Of a stretch of 62,339 nt of DNA, positions 1 to 8,839 are shown piece by piece. Position 1 is the first letter of the stretch, and each line of letters begins with the position of its first letter. Source of the DNA: Aliidongia sp. (GTDB lineage: Bacteria; Pseudomonadota; Alphaproteobacteria; ATCC43930; CGMCC-115725); NCBI GenBank assembly GCA_049696095.1, contig JBAVTK010000125.1, positions 1 to 62,339 on the forward strand, given 5' to 3'. The notes beneath the pieces were generated by a model. It ran no database searches, was not told where the DNA came from, and saw only the letters and a program-made list of their open reading frames with translations. Both the position numbers and the translations under genes were made by a program.

Positions 1-307
1 GCGTGGCGCTGGTCACCCCCGGCACCTGCCGAAGCGACGCGGCCAGCGCCTCGAAGCCGGTCACGGCCGGCGCCTCGCGCGAGCGGACGGAGAGATCGCC
101 CTCAAAGGCCAGCACCTGCGTCAGAAACTCGGCGCTGAAACCGTTGAACACCGACATGACGACGATCAGCGTGCCAACACCGAGCATGATGCCGAGCAGG
201 GAAAACACCGCGATGACCGAAACAAAGCCTTCCTCGCGCCGCGCCCGCAAATAGCGGAAGGCCACCAGGCGCTCGAACGCACCGAAGAATGCCGTGGGCT
301 CACTCAT
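1..307 (-). CDS. LolC/LolE-family lipoprotein-release ABC permease, second tandem copy (5' part only, continues past window start)
   Basis: ATG at 307 overlaps the TGA (300-302) of the upstream copy (ATGAGTGA). My translation MSEPTAFFGAFERLVAFRYLRARREEGFVSVIAVFSLLGIMLGVGTLIVVMSVFNGF... parallels the N-terminus of the 300..1553 product. Not in the ORF track because it is open at the window edge. Confidence 0.75.
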   Translation of the reverse strand, partial: MSEPTAFFGAFERLVAFRYLRARREEGFVSVIAVFSLLGIMLGVGTLIVVMSVFNGFSAEFLTQVLAFEGDLSVRSREAPAVTGFEALAASLRQVPGVTSAT

Positions 308-1553
308 AACGCAGCGCCTCGACCGGATCGAGCCGGGCAGCCCGCCAAGCCGGATAGAGCGTCGCCAGAAAACTCAGCGTGAAGGCCATTGCGACGATCG
401 CCGCGACCTCAGCAGTATCGATTTTCGCCGGCAGCCGGGTCAGGAAAACGATCTCGGCACGAAACAGCGTGGCGCCACCCAGACGTTCCAGCATTTGGCG
501 GATCGCATCAATGTTCGACGCGAAGGCCAAGCCGGCAGCGAGGCCGAGCACCGTGCCGACCACACCGATGCTGGCGCCGGTCAGGAAGAAAATCCGCAAG
601 ATCATGCCGCGCGTCGCCCCCATGGTGCGCAGGATCGCGATATCGCGCCCTTTGGAGCGCACCAGCATTATCATGCTCGAAATCACATTGAAGGCCGCGA
701 CCAGAATGATCAGGGTCAGGATGAAGAACATCACCATGCGCTCGGTCTTGAGTGCCGTGAGAAAGGCCGAGGGCCGGTCCTGCCAATTGATGATTTGCGC
801 TTGATCGCCCGCTGCCTGCGCGATGGCGGCACCGGAGCGCACCAGATTTTCAGAGTCCTGGACGAAAACCTGGATTGATGTCGCACCATCGGGCATAGCG
901 AAGAAACGCTGGGCCGCCGGCAGGGTGACAAAGGCGTACCCACTGTCGAATTGGTAGAAGCCGGTATCGAAGGTCGCGGCCAACCGATAGGATTTTTGGC
1001 GCGGCAGCACGCCGAACGGCGTCGGCGTGCCGGCCTCCGGCGACACAAGCGTGACCGAATCACCGGCATGCAAACCCAACCGCTGGGCAATCTGGAAGCC
1101 GAGCATCACGGACTCGTCATCCAGATCGTCGAGCGAGCCGTCGATTACATGGCCGGCCAGATCGGGATTGCGCCTCAGATCTTCAATGCGGCTGCCGCGG
1201 AGCTGGACACCCGACCAATTATCGTCGGTTTGCAGCAAGACCTGGCCATCAATGATCGGCGTCGCTTCGAGCACGCCCGGCACGCGGCGAATCGACGCGG
1301 TCAGTGCGTCAAAATCATGCAGCGGCGCCGGTGCTGCACGCGACAGCACCGAAATATCGCCCTGAAAGCCCAAAATCTGCTTGAGGAACTCACCTCGAAA
1401 GCCATTCATCACCGACATCACGACGATGAGCGTCCCGACGCCGAGCATGATGCCGAGCAGCGAGAAGATTGCGATCATTGAGACAAAGCCTTCCTCGCGC
1501 CGCGCCCGCAAATAGCGCAGCGCCACCATCCGCTCGAAGGCACCGAAGATCAT
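300..1553 (-). CDS. lipoprotein-releasing ABC transporter permease, LolC/LolE family
   Basis: 417-aa ORF. N-terminus MIFGAFERMVALRYLRARREEGFVSMIAIFSLLGIMLGVGTLIVVMSVMNGF plus a C-terminal FtsX-type 4-TM region, typical of LolC/E. Confidence 0.85.
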   Translation of the reverse strand: MIFGAFERMVALRYLRARREEGFVSMIAIFSLLGIMLGVGTLIVVMSVMNGFRGEFLKQILGFQGDISVLSRAAPAPLHDFDALTASIRRVPGVLEATPIIDGQVLLQTDDNWSGVQLRGSRIEDLRRNPDLAGHVIDGSLDDLDDESVMLGFQIAQRLGLHAGDSVTLVSPEAGTPTPFGVLPRQKSYRLAATFDTGFYQFDSGYAFVTLPAAQRFFAMPDGATSIQVFVQDSENLVRSGAAIAQAAGDQAQIINWQDRPSAFLTALKTERMVMFFILTLIILVAAFNVISSMIMLVRSKGRDIAILRTMGATRGMILRIFFLTGASIGVVGTVLGLAAGLAFASNIDAIRQMLERLGGATLFRAEIVFLTRLPAKIDTAEVAAIVAMAFTLSFLATLYPAWRAARLDPVEALRYE

Positions 1554-1946
1554 CGCCTTACGCCGCAGTAGCGTCGGGACAGTGGTGGGCCGCAGGGAGC
1601 AGCCTGGATGATTTTGGTGCTGTCATCTGGAACGAGCGGCTTTCTGGTCTGGTCGCGCGGCAAAGCACCCCGATCGGCGCGGACTTTAGGCAAAGCACGA
1701 AACGGTGTCCATGGGGCAGCCTCCGCCAACCCGACGGGCGCCGCCGCCATCGAAAAAAACAATGATACCCCAGAAAAAACTAATGACGCGCGTGCCGATT
1801 GCCCGTAGGTTGTTTGATGTACCGACCTGAGTTTAGGGAGGAATCGCGGGAAACACCGCGATCACACGATAATAAAACCATCCATACCGAGATAAGGGTG
1901 GCGAGAATCGCGAGACCCCGCTATCCAGCGGGTTCTCGCCCCCCTC

Positions 1947-2504
1947 TCATCCGACTGCGACCGGCCGAGCCGCCGCCCAGGGCGGTGCCAGTGCCAAGAC
2001 CTCGCCATAGCGTGGGCAATCCTCGACATGCGCGCCGGGCAGATAGCCGAGACTCATCAGAAACTCGCCGACGATCTCGCCGCCCGTAAAGCGGAAAGTC
2101 CGGCCGAACAGCTTGACCCACTCCACCTTGTCGCGCGGATGGTGAGCATCGAGCCAGGCCGCGAACGAGCCGTGGCTGTCGCGAATCCGCTGGAGCCGGC
2201 GGGCATTCTCGATCGCGGCGTCGATCTTCAAGCGGTTGCGAATGATACCAGCATCGGCCATCAGCCGCGCCACCGCATCGGAGCCATAGCCCGCCACCGT
2301 GTCGATCGCGAACCCGTCATAGGCGGCGAGAAAGGCCGGACGCTTCTTCAAGATCGTCAGCCAGGAGAGGCCGGCCTGATTGATCTCCAGCACCAGCCGC
2401 TCGAACAGCACATGATCGTCGCGCTGCGGAAAGCCGTATTCGGTGTCGTGATACGGCCCGTGCACGGCATGGCCAGGCGCTGCCCGGCAATAGGATTCGC
2501 TCAT
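1947..2504 (-). CDS. tag: DNA-3-methyladenine glycosylase I
   Basis: YHDTEYGFP..DDHVLFERLVLEINQAGLSW..ILKKR..F..FD...IIRNRLKI..AIENAR matches the Tag family. Start placed at the second ATG (2504), directly after the TAG stop of the upstream gene. The track ORF extends to 2543. Confidence 0.85.
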   Translation of the reverse strand: MSESYCRAAPGHAVHGPYHDTEYGFPQRDDHVLFERLVLEINQAGLSWLTILKKRPAFLAAYDGFAIDTVAGYGSDAVARLMADAGIIRNRLKIDAAIENARRLQRIRDSHGSFAAWLDAHHPRDKVEWVKLFGRTFRFTGGEIVGEFLMSLGYLPGAHVEDCPRYGEVLALAPPWAAARPVAVG

Positions 2505-2505
2505 G

Positions 2506-2742
2506 CTAGCTCGGCCTGAAGCTGATCCAGTCGGAAATGACAATCAGATAGATGATTGCGAACAAAGCTGCGGCGATACCGGTCGCCAGCAACACCTTGA
2601 AGCCCAGCCGCGGATTGGCCGGCGCACCGGAATCGTGGCCCAGATGAGATTCGCCGGCCGGTCTGATGCCGAGCGGCAAGACGCAAAACATCGCCAGCCA
2701 CCACAGCACGACATAGACGACGATGCCAGATATCCAGTTCAT
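2506..2742 (-). CDS. DUF1467 family small membrane protein
   Basis: MNWISGIVVYVVLWWLAMFCVLPLGIRP...GAPANPRLGFKVLLATGIAA resembles the DUF1467 pattern and sits next to mce as in other alphaproteobacteria. Internal ATG at 2742 chosen over the 113-aa track ORF. Confidence 0.65.
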   Translation of the reverse strand: MNWISGIVVYVVLWWLAMFCVLPLGIRPAGESHLGHDSGAPANPRLGFKVLLATGIAAALFAIIYLIVISDWISFRPS

Positions 2743-2752
2743 GACGCGGCCC

Positions 2753-3157
2753 TCAGACCTGTTCCAGTTCGACCAGCGTGCCGGCGAAATCCTTCGGATG
2801 CAGGAACAGTACCGGCTTGTCGTGGGCTCCGAATTTCGGTTCGCCATCGCCCAGCACGCGGGCGCCCTGCGCCTTCAAATGATCGCGCGCGGCATAGATG
2901 TCAGCCACCTCGTAGCAGACATGATGCATGCCGCCGGACGGGTTCTTGTCGAGAAAGGCCTTGATCGGTGAATTCTCGCCGAGCGGCTCCAGCAACTCGA
3001 TCTTGGTGTTGGGCAATTCGACGAAGACGACGGTCACGCCATGGGCTGGCTGCGGCTTGGGGGCGGAAACGGTGGCACCCAGCGTTTCGGCATAAAGCCG
3101 CGTCGCCGCTTCCAGATCCGGCACGGCGATTGCCACATGGTTCAGTCTGCCGATCAT
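2753..3157 (-). CDS. mce: methylmalonyl-CoA epimerase (VOC/glyoxalase fold)
   Basis: 134 aa. MIGRLNHVAIAVPDLEAA...ELLEPLGENSPIKAFLDKNPSGGMHHVCYEV.D is the classic epimerase signature. Confidence 0.85.
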   Translation of the reverse strand: MIGRLNHVAIAVPDLEAATRLYAETLGATVSAPKPQPAHGVTVVFVELPNTKIELLEPLGENSPIKAFLDKNPSGGMHHVCYEVADIYAARDHLKAQGARVLGDGEPKFGAHDKPVLFLHPKDFAGTLVELEQV

Positions 3158-3169
3158 TCGGTCGCCTCC

Positions 3170-4861
3170 TCAGATCCTGATGACATGGATATCGATCACC
3201 GGCTTTTTGCCGTGGCTGGCCGAAATCGCCCGGCGGATCGCAACACGGGAGGTCTCGCGCACGATCTCATCCTCCCGCCGCTGTTCCGCCGACAACGCCT
3301 TGACCGCCCGCTCGACCGCCTCGGCCACCGCCCCCATGACCAGATCGGATTCCGCATCCAGCAGGCCATGAATCGTCAATTGCGGTGGCGCCAACAGCCG
3401 ACCGTTTCGGTCGAGCACCACCGTCGCCACTGCGGCGCCACTATAGGTCATGCGCAACCGCGTGCGGAACGAGTCGCTCTCCAGCGGCACCAGATTCTTG
3501 CCGTCGATCCCGAGCCGCCCAGTCTCGACGCGGTCGATCACCTTGACCGAGCCAGGCCCGAGCCGGACCATGTCGCCATTTTCCGCGACGAGGCTCTGCG
3601 GCACCTGGCAATCCTCGGCCAGCTTGGCATGGGCGATCAGATGGCGGGCCTCGCCATGCACCGGGATCGCCACTTTCGGCCGGATGATCTGATACATCCG
3701 GGTCAGTTCGTCGCGCGCCGGATGGCCGGAGACATGGACGAAATGCTCGGCCTCGGTCACCACCTCTATGCCACGGCGCGATAGAAGATTCTGGATCCGG
3801 CCGATCGCACGCTCATTGCCAGGGATCATGCGTGACGAGAAAATCACCGTATCGCCCGGATCGAAGGTGACCTGGGGATGATCGTTCCCGGCGATGCGGG
3901 CGAGCGCGGAGCGCGGCTCACCCTGGCTGCCGGTGCAGATCATCAGGATCTGATCGCGCGACAACTCGCGCACCTGATCCTCGCGCAAAAATGGGCGGAT
4001 GCCGTCGAGATAGCCGTTCTCGCGCGCCGCCTGTTCCATCCGCCAGAGTGAACGGCCGACCAGTGCCACCGAACGGCCATGCGCCTCGCCGGCCAGCGCT
4101 GCCGACTGCAGCCGCGCGACGTTGGAGGCAAAGCAGCCGATCGCGACGCGATTATCGTACCGGCCGACCAGTTCGATCAGCGAGGCGCGGACATCGGCCT
4201 CGGACCCGGCCTCGCCGGCCTTCAACGCATTGGTCGAATCGCCGATGAGGACATCGATCCCTTCATCGCCCAAACGATGCAGGGCCGCCATATCGGCGGT
4301 GCGGCCGATCAGCGGTTCCGGATCGAACTTCCAGTCGCCGGTATGGAGCACCGTCGCGGCCGGCGTGCGCAGCACCACGGCATTGGGTTCCGGGATCGAA
4401 TGGGTCAGCGTGACCAGTTCGAGCGCGAACGGGCCGAGGGTAAAGTTGCCCGACAGCGGCACCTCGATAATCTTGGCCTCGTTCAGCAGCCCGGCCTCGC
4501 CCAGTTTCAGGCGCAGTACCGAGGCGGTGAAGGGCGTCGCATAGATCGGACAGCGCAGGCGAGGCCAGAGATGCGGGATGGCACCGATATGGTCTTCATG
4601 CGCGTGCGTGATCAGCAATCCGACCAACTTGTCGCGGCGCTCGACGATGAAGCTTGGATCGGCCATGAAAATTTCGACGCCCGGCATAGTGTCGTCGCCG
4701 AACGAAATACCGAGATCGATCATCAGCCAGGAATCGTTATAGCCGTACAGGCTCAGATTCATACCGATTTCGCCGACCCCGCCCAGGGCCAGGAAAACCA
4801 GTTCGTCGGCTTGGTTCAAAGTCGGTCGCAGACGCGTCGGCCCAAATGAAGTTGCTGTCAT
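3170..4861 (-). CDS. rnj: ribonuclease J (metallo-beta-lactamase / beta-CASP)
   Basis: 563 aa. Contains the HxHxDH motif (LITHAHEDHIGAIPHLW) and beta-CASP architecture, in the conserved position next to mce and birA. Confidence 0.85.
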   Translation of the reverse strand: MTATSFGPTRLRPTLNQADELVFLALGGVGEIGMNLSLYGYNDSWLMIDLGISFGDDTMPGVEIFMADPSFIVERRDKLVGLLITHAHEDHIGAIPHLWPRLRCPIYATPFTASVLRLKLGEAGLLNEAKIIEVPLSGNFTLGPFALELVTLTHSIPEPNAVVLRTPAATVLHTGDWKFDPEPLIGRTADMAALHRLGDEGIDVLIGDSTNALKAGEAGSEADVRASLIELVGRYDNRVAIGCFASNVARLQSAALAGEAHGRSVALVGRSLWRMEQAARENGYLDGIRPFLREDQVRELSRDQILMICTGSQGEPRSALARIAGNDHPQVTFDPGDTVIFSSRMIPGNERAIGRIQNLLSRRGIEVVTEAEHFVHVSGHPARDELTRMYQIIRPKVAIPVHGEARHLIAHAKLAEDCQVPQSLVAENGDMVRLGPGSVKVIDRVETGRLGIDGKNLVPLESDSFRTRLRMTYSGAAVATVVLDRNGRLLAPPQLTIHGLLDAESDLVMGAVAEAVERAVKALSAEQRREDEIVRETSRVAIRRAISASHGKKPVIDIHVIRI

Positions 4862-5074
4862 TACCCGTTATTTCTCAAATAGATCAGTCGTAAGCCGTTC
4901 AGCGTCAGCTCGGTATCGCTCCGATCGGTCCCCAGAACCTGCCTCGTGCATCATACGCGTCACAAATGCGCGCCACGAGTCTCTCGATCAACCATCCCCG
5001 TTTCGCGGCCATCTTGAACAATGTCTGATGCGACAGATCGATGCCGGCACAGTGGCTGGCGGCATCGCGATGTC

Positions 5075-5845
5075 TCAAACCGGGGGGAAATGAACATCAC
5101 CGGCGGTGACCCGCCGCACCCCCGCAGACGTCTCAAGAATGAGCGCGCCGTCGAGATCGAGGTCGAGAAAGCGGCCGATCAGCGGTTCGCCGCCTTGGCG
5201 AACCTCCAGTCGGTCGCCGAGGCCCTGAGCCCGGTCGAGCCAAGCCACCCGGATCGGAGCGAAACCGCGCCGGCTCCAGCAATCGAGCCAGGACGTTAAA
5301 GCCTGGGCAAGCCGCTCCAGCACCGCATCGACCGGCGGGAAGGTCCCCGCCAACCCGCCCAGACAAACCGCCGGATAAGCGATATCGGTCGGTGCCGCCG
5401 CGATATTGATGCCGATGCCAAGTACCACCCAATCGACCGCGCCGGCCGGGCCGGAACGGGTTTCGAGCAGGATGCCCGCGAGCTTGGCGTTATCGACGAG
5501 CACATCGTTCGGCCATTTCAGCGTAGCCTTGGTCGCGGTAGGCAGGAAGCTTTCGACCGCATCGGCCACTGCCAGCGCGGCCACAAAGCTAAGTTCGGCC
5601 GCCTGAGCGGGCATCGCCTCCGGCCGCAAGATGACCGAAGCGAAGAGGTTACCGCGCGGCGAAATCCACTGTCGATCGAGCCGCCCGCGCCCTGCGGTCT
5701 GTTCTTGCGCCCAGACCAGCGTCCCGTGAGCCGCGCCGGCCGCGGCGAGCCGCTTGGCTTCGTCGCTGGTCGAACCCAGCCGGTCGTAAGCCACCAGCGA
5801 AAAAGGCGGCGGCAGGCTCGGAATGGCCTCGTCCGCCGGCGCCAT
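5075..5845 (-). CDS. birA: biotin--[acetyl-CoA-carboxylase] ligase
   Basis: C-terminal 256 aa of track ORF 5075..6493: ...GSTSDEAKRL...QTAGRGRLDRQWISPRGNLFASVIL...KWPNDVLVDNAKLAGILLE. ATG at 5845 overlaps the nuoN TGA (ATGA). The upstream part of the track ORF is an out-of-frame read-through of nuoN. Confidence 0.85.
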   Translation of the reverse strand: MAPADEAIPSLPPPFSLVAYDRLGSTSDEAKRLAAAGAAHGTLVWAQEQTAGRGRLDRQWISPRGNLFASVILRPEAMPAQAAELSFVAALAVADAVESFLPTATKATLKWPNDVLVDNAKLAGILLETRSGPAGAVDWVVLGIGINIAAAPTDIAYPAVCLGGLAGTFPPVDAVLERLAQALTSWLDCWSRRGFAPIRVAWLDRAQGLGDRLEVRQGGEPLIGRFLDLDLDGALILETSAGVRRVTAGDVHFPPV

Positions 5846-7305
5846 CAAAGGATGAGCGACTTGGCCGCCACATCGGCGGCCTGGAACAACCAATCGCCCG
5901 ACAGAATGAACAGCACAATCGTCGCCATCGCGACCGCAACCACCAGCTTGACCGCCCGGCCGCCTGATCGTGCGTCGAAATGGTCCTTGGGTTGATCGAA
6001 ATACATCACCTTGACGATGCGAATATAATAATAGCAGCCGATCACGCTGGTCAGCACGCCGATGATCGCAAGCGAGGTCATCATGCCGGTGCCAACCTGG
6101 ATCGCCGCCTTGAACACGGCGATCTTGGAGAAGAATCCAGCCAGCGGCGGAATCCCGGCCATCGAGAACATGAAGATCGCCAGCGCCAGTGCCAGGACCG
6201 GCCGACTGCGCGACAGGCCGGTGAGATCGTCGATCGCCTCGACCATCTGGCCATTGCGTTCCATGCACAAGATCACGCCGAAGGTGCCCAGCGTCATCAC
6301 CACATAGATCGCCAGATAGACCAGCACGCCGACCACGCCTTGATGCGTGCCGGCGGCAAGACCGATCAGCGCATAGCCGACATTGCCGATCGAGCTGTAC
6401 GCCATCAGCCGCTTGATATTGCTCTGGCTGATCGCCGCATAGGCGCCGAGCACCATCGACAGCAGCGAAATCGCCCAGATGATCTGGGTCCATTGCAGGG
6501 CAAGGTGGCCGAACGGCCCGAGCATGACCCGCAGGAAAAGCGATAGGGCCGCGATCTTGGGCGCCGAGGCGAAGAAGGCGGTGACCGGAGTCGGCGCCCC
6601 CTCATAGACATCCGGCGTCCACATATGGAACGGCACGGCCGAACATTTGAAGGCGATCCCGACCGATAGAAAAACCACGCCAATAATCAGCCCGATCGAA
6701 TGGTCCGGCGCCATCCCGCCCAGTCCGAAGGCCAATTGATCAAAATTGGTCGTGCCGGCAAAGCCATAAATGAAGGATGCGCCGAACAGCAGCATGCCGG
6801 AGCTGAGCGCACCCAGCACGAAATACTTCAACCCCGCCTCGGTGCTGCGCACGGTATCGCGCTGAAACGCCGCCATGACATAGAGCGCCAAGCTTTGCAG
6901 CTCCAGCCCGACATAAAGCGAAATCAGATCGTTCGCCGACACCATGGCCATCATGCCGACCGTGGCGAGCAGCATCAGAATCGGAAATTCGAAGCGGTTG
7001 ATATGGTGGCTGACATTGTAGCGCATCGCCAGCAGGATCGAACCGGCCGCACCGAGCAGAATCAGCGTCTTCACGAAGCGGGCGAAATCGTCGGTGACGA
7101 ACAACCCGTTAAACGTAATGACCCGGCCGCTCGGCCGTTCGAGCACCAGAAACACTGTGACGGCGATCACCGCGACAGCCAGCAGCGACACGGCGCGCGC
7201 GCCGGTATTGTTGCCGCGCAACACGCCGAGCAGCAGCAGCGCCATCGCCGCAACCGCCAGGAAAATTTCCGGCACGGCCGGGGTGAAATTCGGAACCGGG
7301 ATCAT
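5845..7305 (-). CDS. nuoN: NADH-quinone oxidoreductase subunit N
   Basis: Polytopic antiporter-like protein starting [30 protein letters not shown] at 7305 overlaps the nuoM stop (ATGA). Last gene of the nuo operon. Confidence 0.9.
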   Translation of the reverse strand: MIPVPNFTPAVPEIFLAVAAMALLLLGVLRGNNTGARAVSLLAVAVIAVTVFLVLERPSGRVITFNGLFVTDDFARFVKTLILLGAAGSILLAMRYNVSHHINRFEFPILMLLATVGMMAMVSANDLISLYVGLELQSLALYVMAAFQRDTVRSTEAGLKYFVLGALSSGMLLFGASFIYGFAGTTNFDQLAFGLGGMAPDHSIGLIIGVVFLSVGIAFKCSAVPFHMWTPDVYEGAPTPVTAFFASAPKIAALSLFLRVMLGPFGHLALQWTQIIWAISLLSMVLGAYAAISQSNIKRLMAYSSIGNVGYALIGLAAGTHQGVVGVLVYLAIYVVMTLGTFGVILCMERNGQMVEAIDDLTGLSRSRPVLALALAIFMFSMAGIPPLAGFFSKIAVFKAAIQVGTGMMTSLAIIGVLTSVIGCYYYIRIVKVMYFDQPKDHFDARSGGRAVKLVVAVAMATIVLFILSGDWLFQAADVAAKSLIL

Positions 7306-8831
7306 CACTGCACCACAGCTTCTGCGGCCTGCACCGGGCGCGGTGCTGCCTGGGCGGCGACGTGGCCGCGCTCGATCATCGCCGAGATCGCGGGCTTCAT
7401 CGGATCGAGGAAGGAGGACGGATAGATACCCATCCAGAACACCAAAGCGATCAACGGCGCGAAGATCAGCTTCTCGCGCCAGCTCAGATCGAGCATCGCC
7501 TTGACATCCTCGCGCGTGATCGTGCCGAAAATCACCCGGCGATAGAGATAGAGCATATAGCAGGGCCCGAGGATCAGGCCGGTCGTCGCCAGGAACGCCA
7601 CCCAACTATTGACCTCGAACGCCCCCATCAGCACGAGGAATTCGCCGATGAATCCGGACGTGCCGGGCAGACCGACCGAGGCCAGCATGAAGATCATGAA
7701 GACCAAGGCATATTTCGGCATGTTGCCGGCCAGCCCGCCATAGCGCGCAATCTCGCGGGTGTGCAGCCGGTCATAGACGACGCCGACGCACAGGAACAAG
7801 GCGGCCGAGACGATGCCGTGGCTCAGCATCTGGAACATCGCGCCCTGCACACCCTGCTGCGTCAGGGTGAAGATGCCGATCGTGACGAAGCCCATATGGG
7901 CGATCGAGGAATAGGCGATCAGCTTCTTCATATCCTCCTGAGCCAAGGCGACCAGCGAGGTATAGATCACCGCGACGACCGAGAGCGTATAGACCAGCGG
8001 CGTCAGCACGACCGTCGCATCCGGAAAGAGCGGGATCGAAAACCGCAAGAACCCGTAACCGCCCATCTTCAGCAGCACGCCGGCCAGGATGACCGAGCCC
8101 GCGGTCGGCGCCTCGACATGCGCATCCGGCAGCCAGGTATGGACCGGCCACATCGGCACCTTGACCGCGAAGGAGGCGAAGAAGGCGAGCCACAGCCAAT
8201 ATTGCATCGCCTTGGGCAGATCGGCATGGATCGCCGTCTGCACATCGGTCGTGCCAAGCTGCCAGTAGATCGCGAGGATCGCCAGCAGCATCAATACCGA
8301 ACCGAGCAGTGTGTAGAGGAAAAATTTGAACGCGGCATAGACCCGGCGCTGCCCGCCCCACACCCCGATGATCAGATACATCGGGATCAGCACAGCCTCG
8401 AAGAAGACATAGAACAGCACGAGGTCAAGCGCGCAGAACATGCCGACCATCATCGTTTCCAGCACGAGGAAGGCCAGCATGTATTCCTTGACCCGCTGAT
8501 GGATCGCCTCCCACGAGGAGATGATGCAGATCGGCGTCAGCAGCGTCGAGAGCAGCACGAAGAACAGCGAAATCCCGTCGATCCCCATGGTGTAATTGAT
8601 GTGGAGCGAGGGGAACCAAGCCTGCTTTTCGACGAATTGGAAATCGGCGGAATTGGCATCGAAGCCGGTCCAGAGCAGGATCGACAGGCCGAAGGTGATG
8701 AGCGAGGTCAGAAGAGCCGCCCATTTGGCATTGCGCGCAACGGCGGCCTCATCGCCGCGCATCAGTACGATGAAGGCCGCGCCGACCAGCGGCAGGAAGG
8801 TGACGAGCGAAAGAAGCGGCAAGTTGCTCAT
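7305..8831 (-). CDS. nuoM: NADH-quinone oxidoreductase subunit M
   Basis: Starts [23 protein letters not shown]. Contains [28 protein letters not shown], typical of NuoM/ND4. Operon position supports the call. Confidence 0.9.
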   Translation of the reverse strand: MSNLPLLSLVTFLPLVGAAFIVLMRGDEAAVARNAKWAALLTSLITFGLSILLWTGFDANSADFQFVEKQAWFPSLHINYTMGIDGISLFFVLLSTLLTPICIISSWEAIHQRVKEYMLAFLVLETMMVGMFCALDLVLFYVFFEAVLIPMYLIIGVWGGQRRVYAAFKFFLYTLLGSVLMLLAILAIYWQLGTTDVQTAIHADLPKAMQYWLWLAFFASFAVKVPMWPVHTWLPDAHVEAPTAGSVILAGVLLKMGGYGFLRFSIPLFPDATVVLTPLVYTLSVVAVIYTSLVALAQEDMKKLIAYSSIAHMGFVTIGIFTLTQQGVQGAMFQMLSHGIVSAALFLCVGVVYDRLHTREIARYGGLAGNMPKYALVFMIFMLASVGLPGTSGFIGEFLVLMGAFEVNSWVAFLATTGLILGPCYMLYLYRRVIFGTITREDVKAMLDLSWREKLIFAPLIALVFWMGIYPSSFLDPMKPAISAMIERGHVAAQAAPRPVQAAEAVVQ

Positions 8832-8839
8832 AAATTCCC

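Noticed and set aside
1608-1670. Possible SRP (4.5S) RNA: GGTGCTGTCATCTGGAACGAGCGGC vaguely resembles the domain IV GGUCAGGUCCGGAAGGAAGCAGC
   Set aside because: The GGAA tetraloop would be closed by a U-C mismatch and the symmetric and asymmetric loop sequences are not reproduced. The resemblance is probably chance. An Infernal scan would settle it.
5075-6493. 472-aa track ORF read as a single protein
   Set aside because: Only the last 256 aa are BirA. The upstream part is an alternative-frame read across the 3' end of nuoN. BirA starts at the ATG at 5845, overlapping the nuoN stop.
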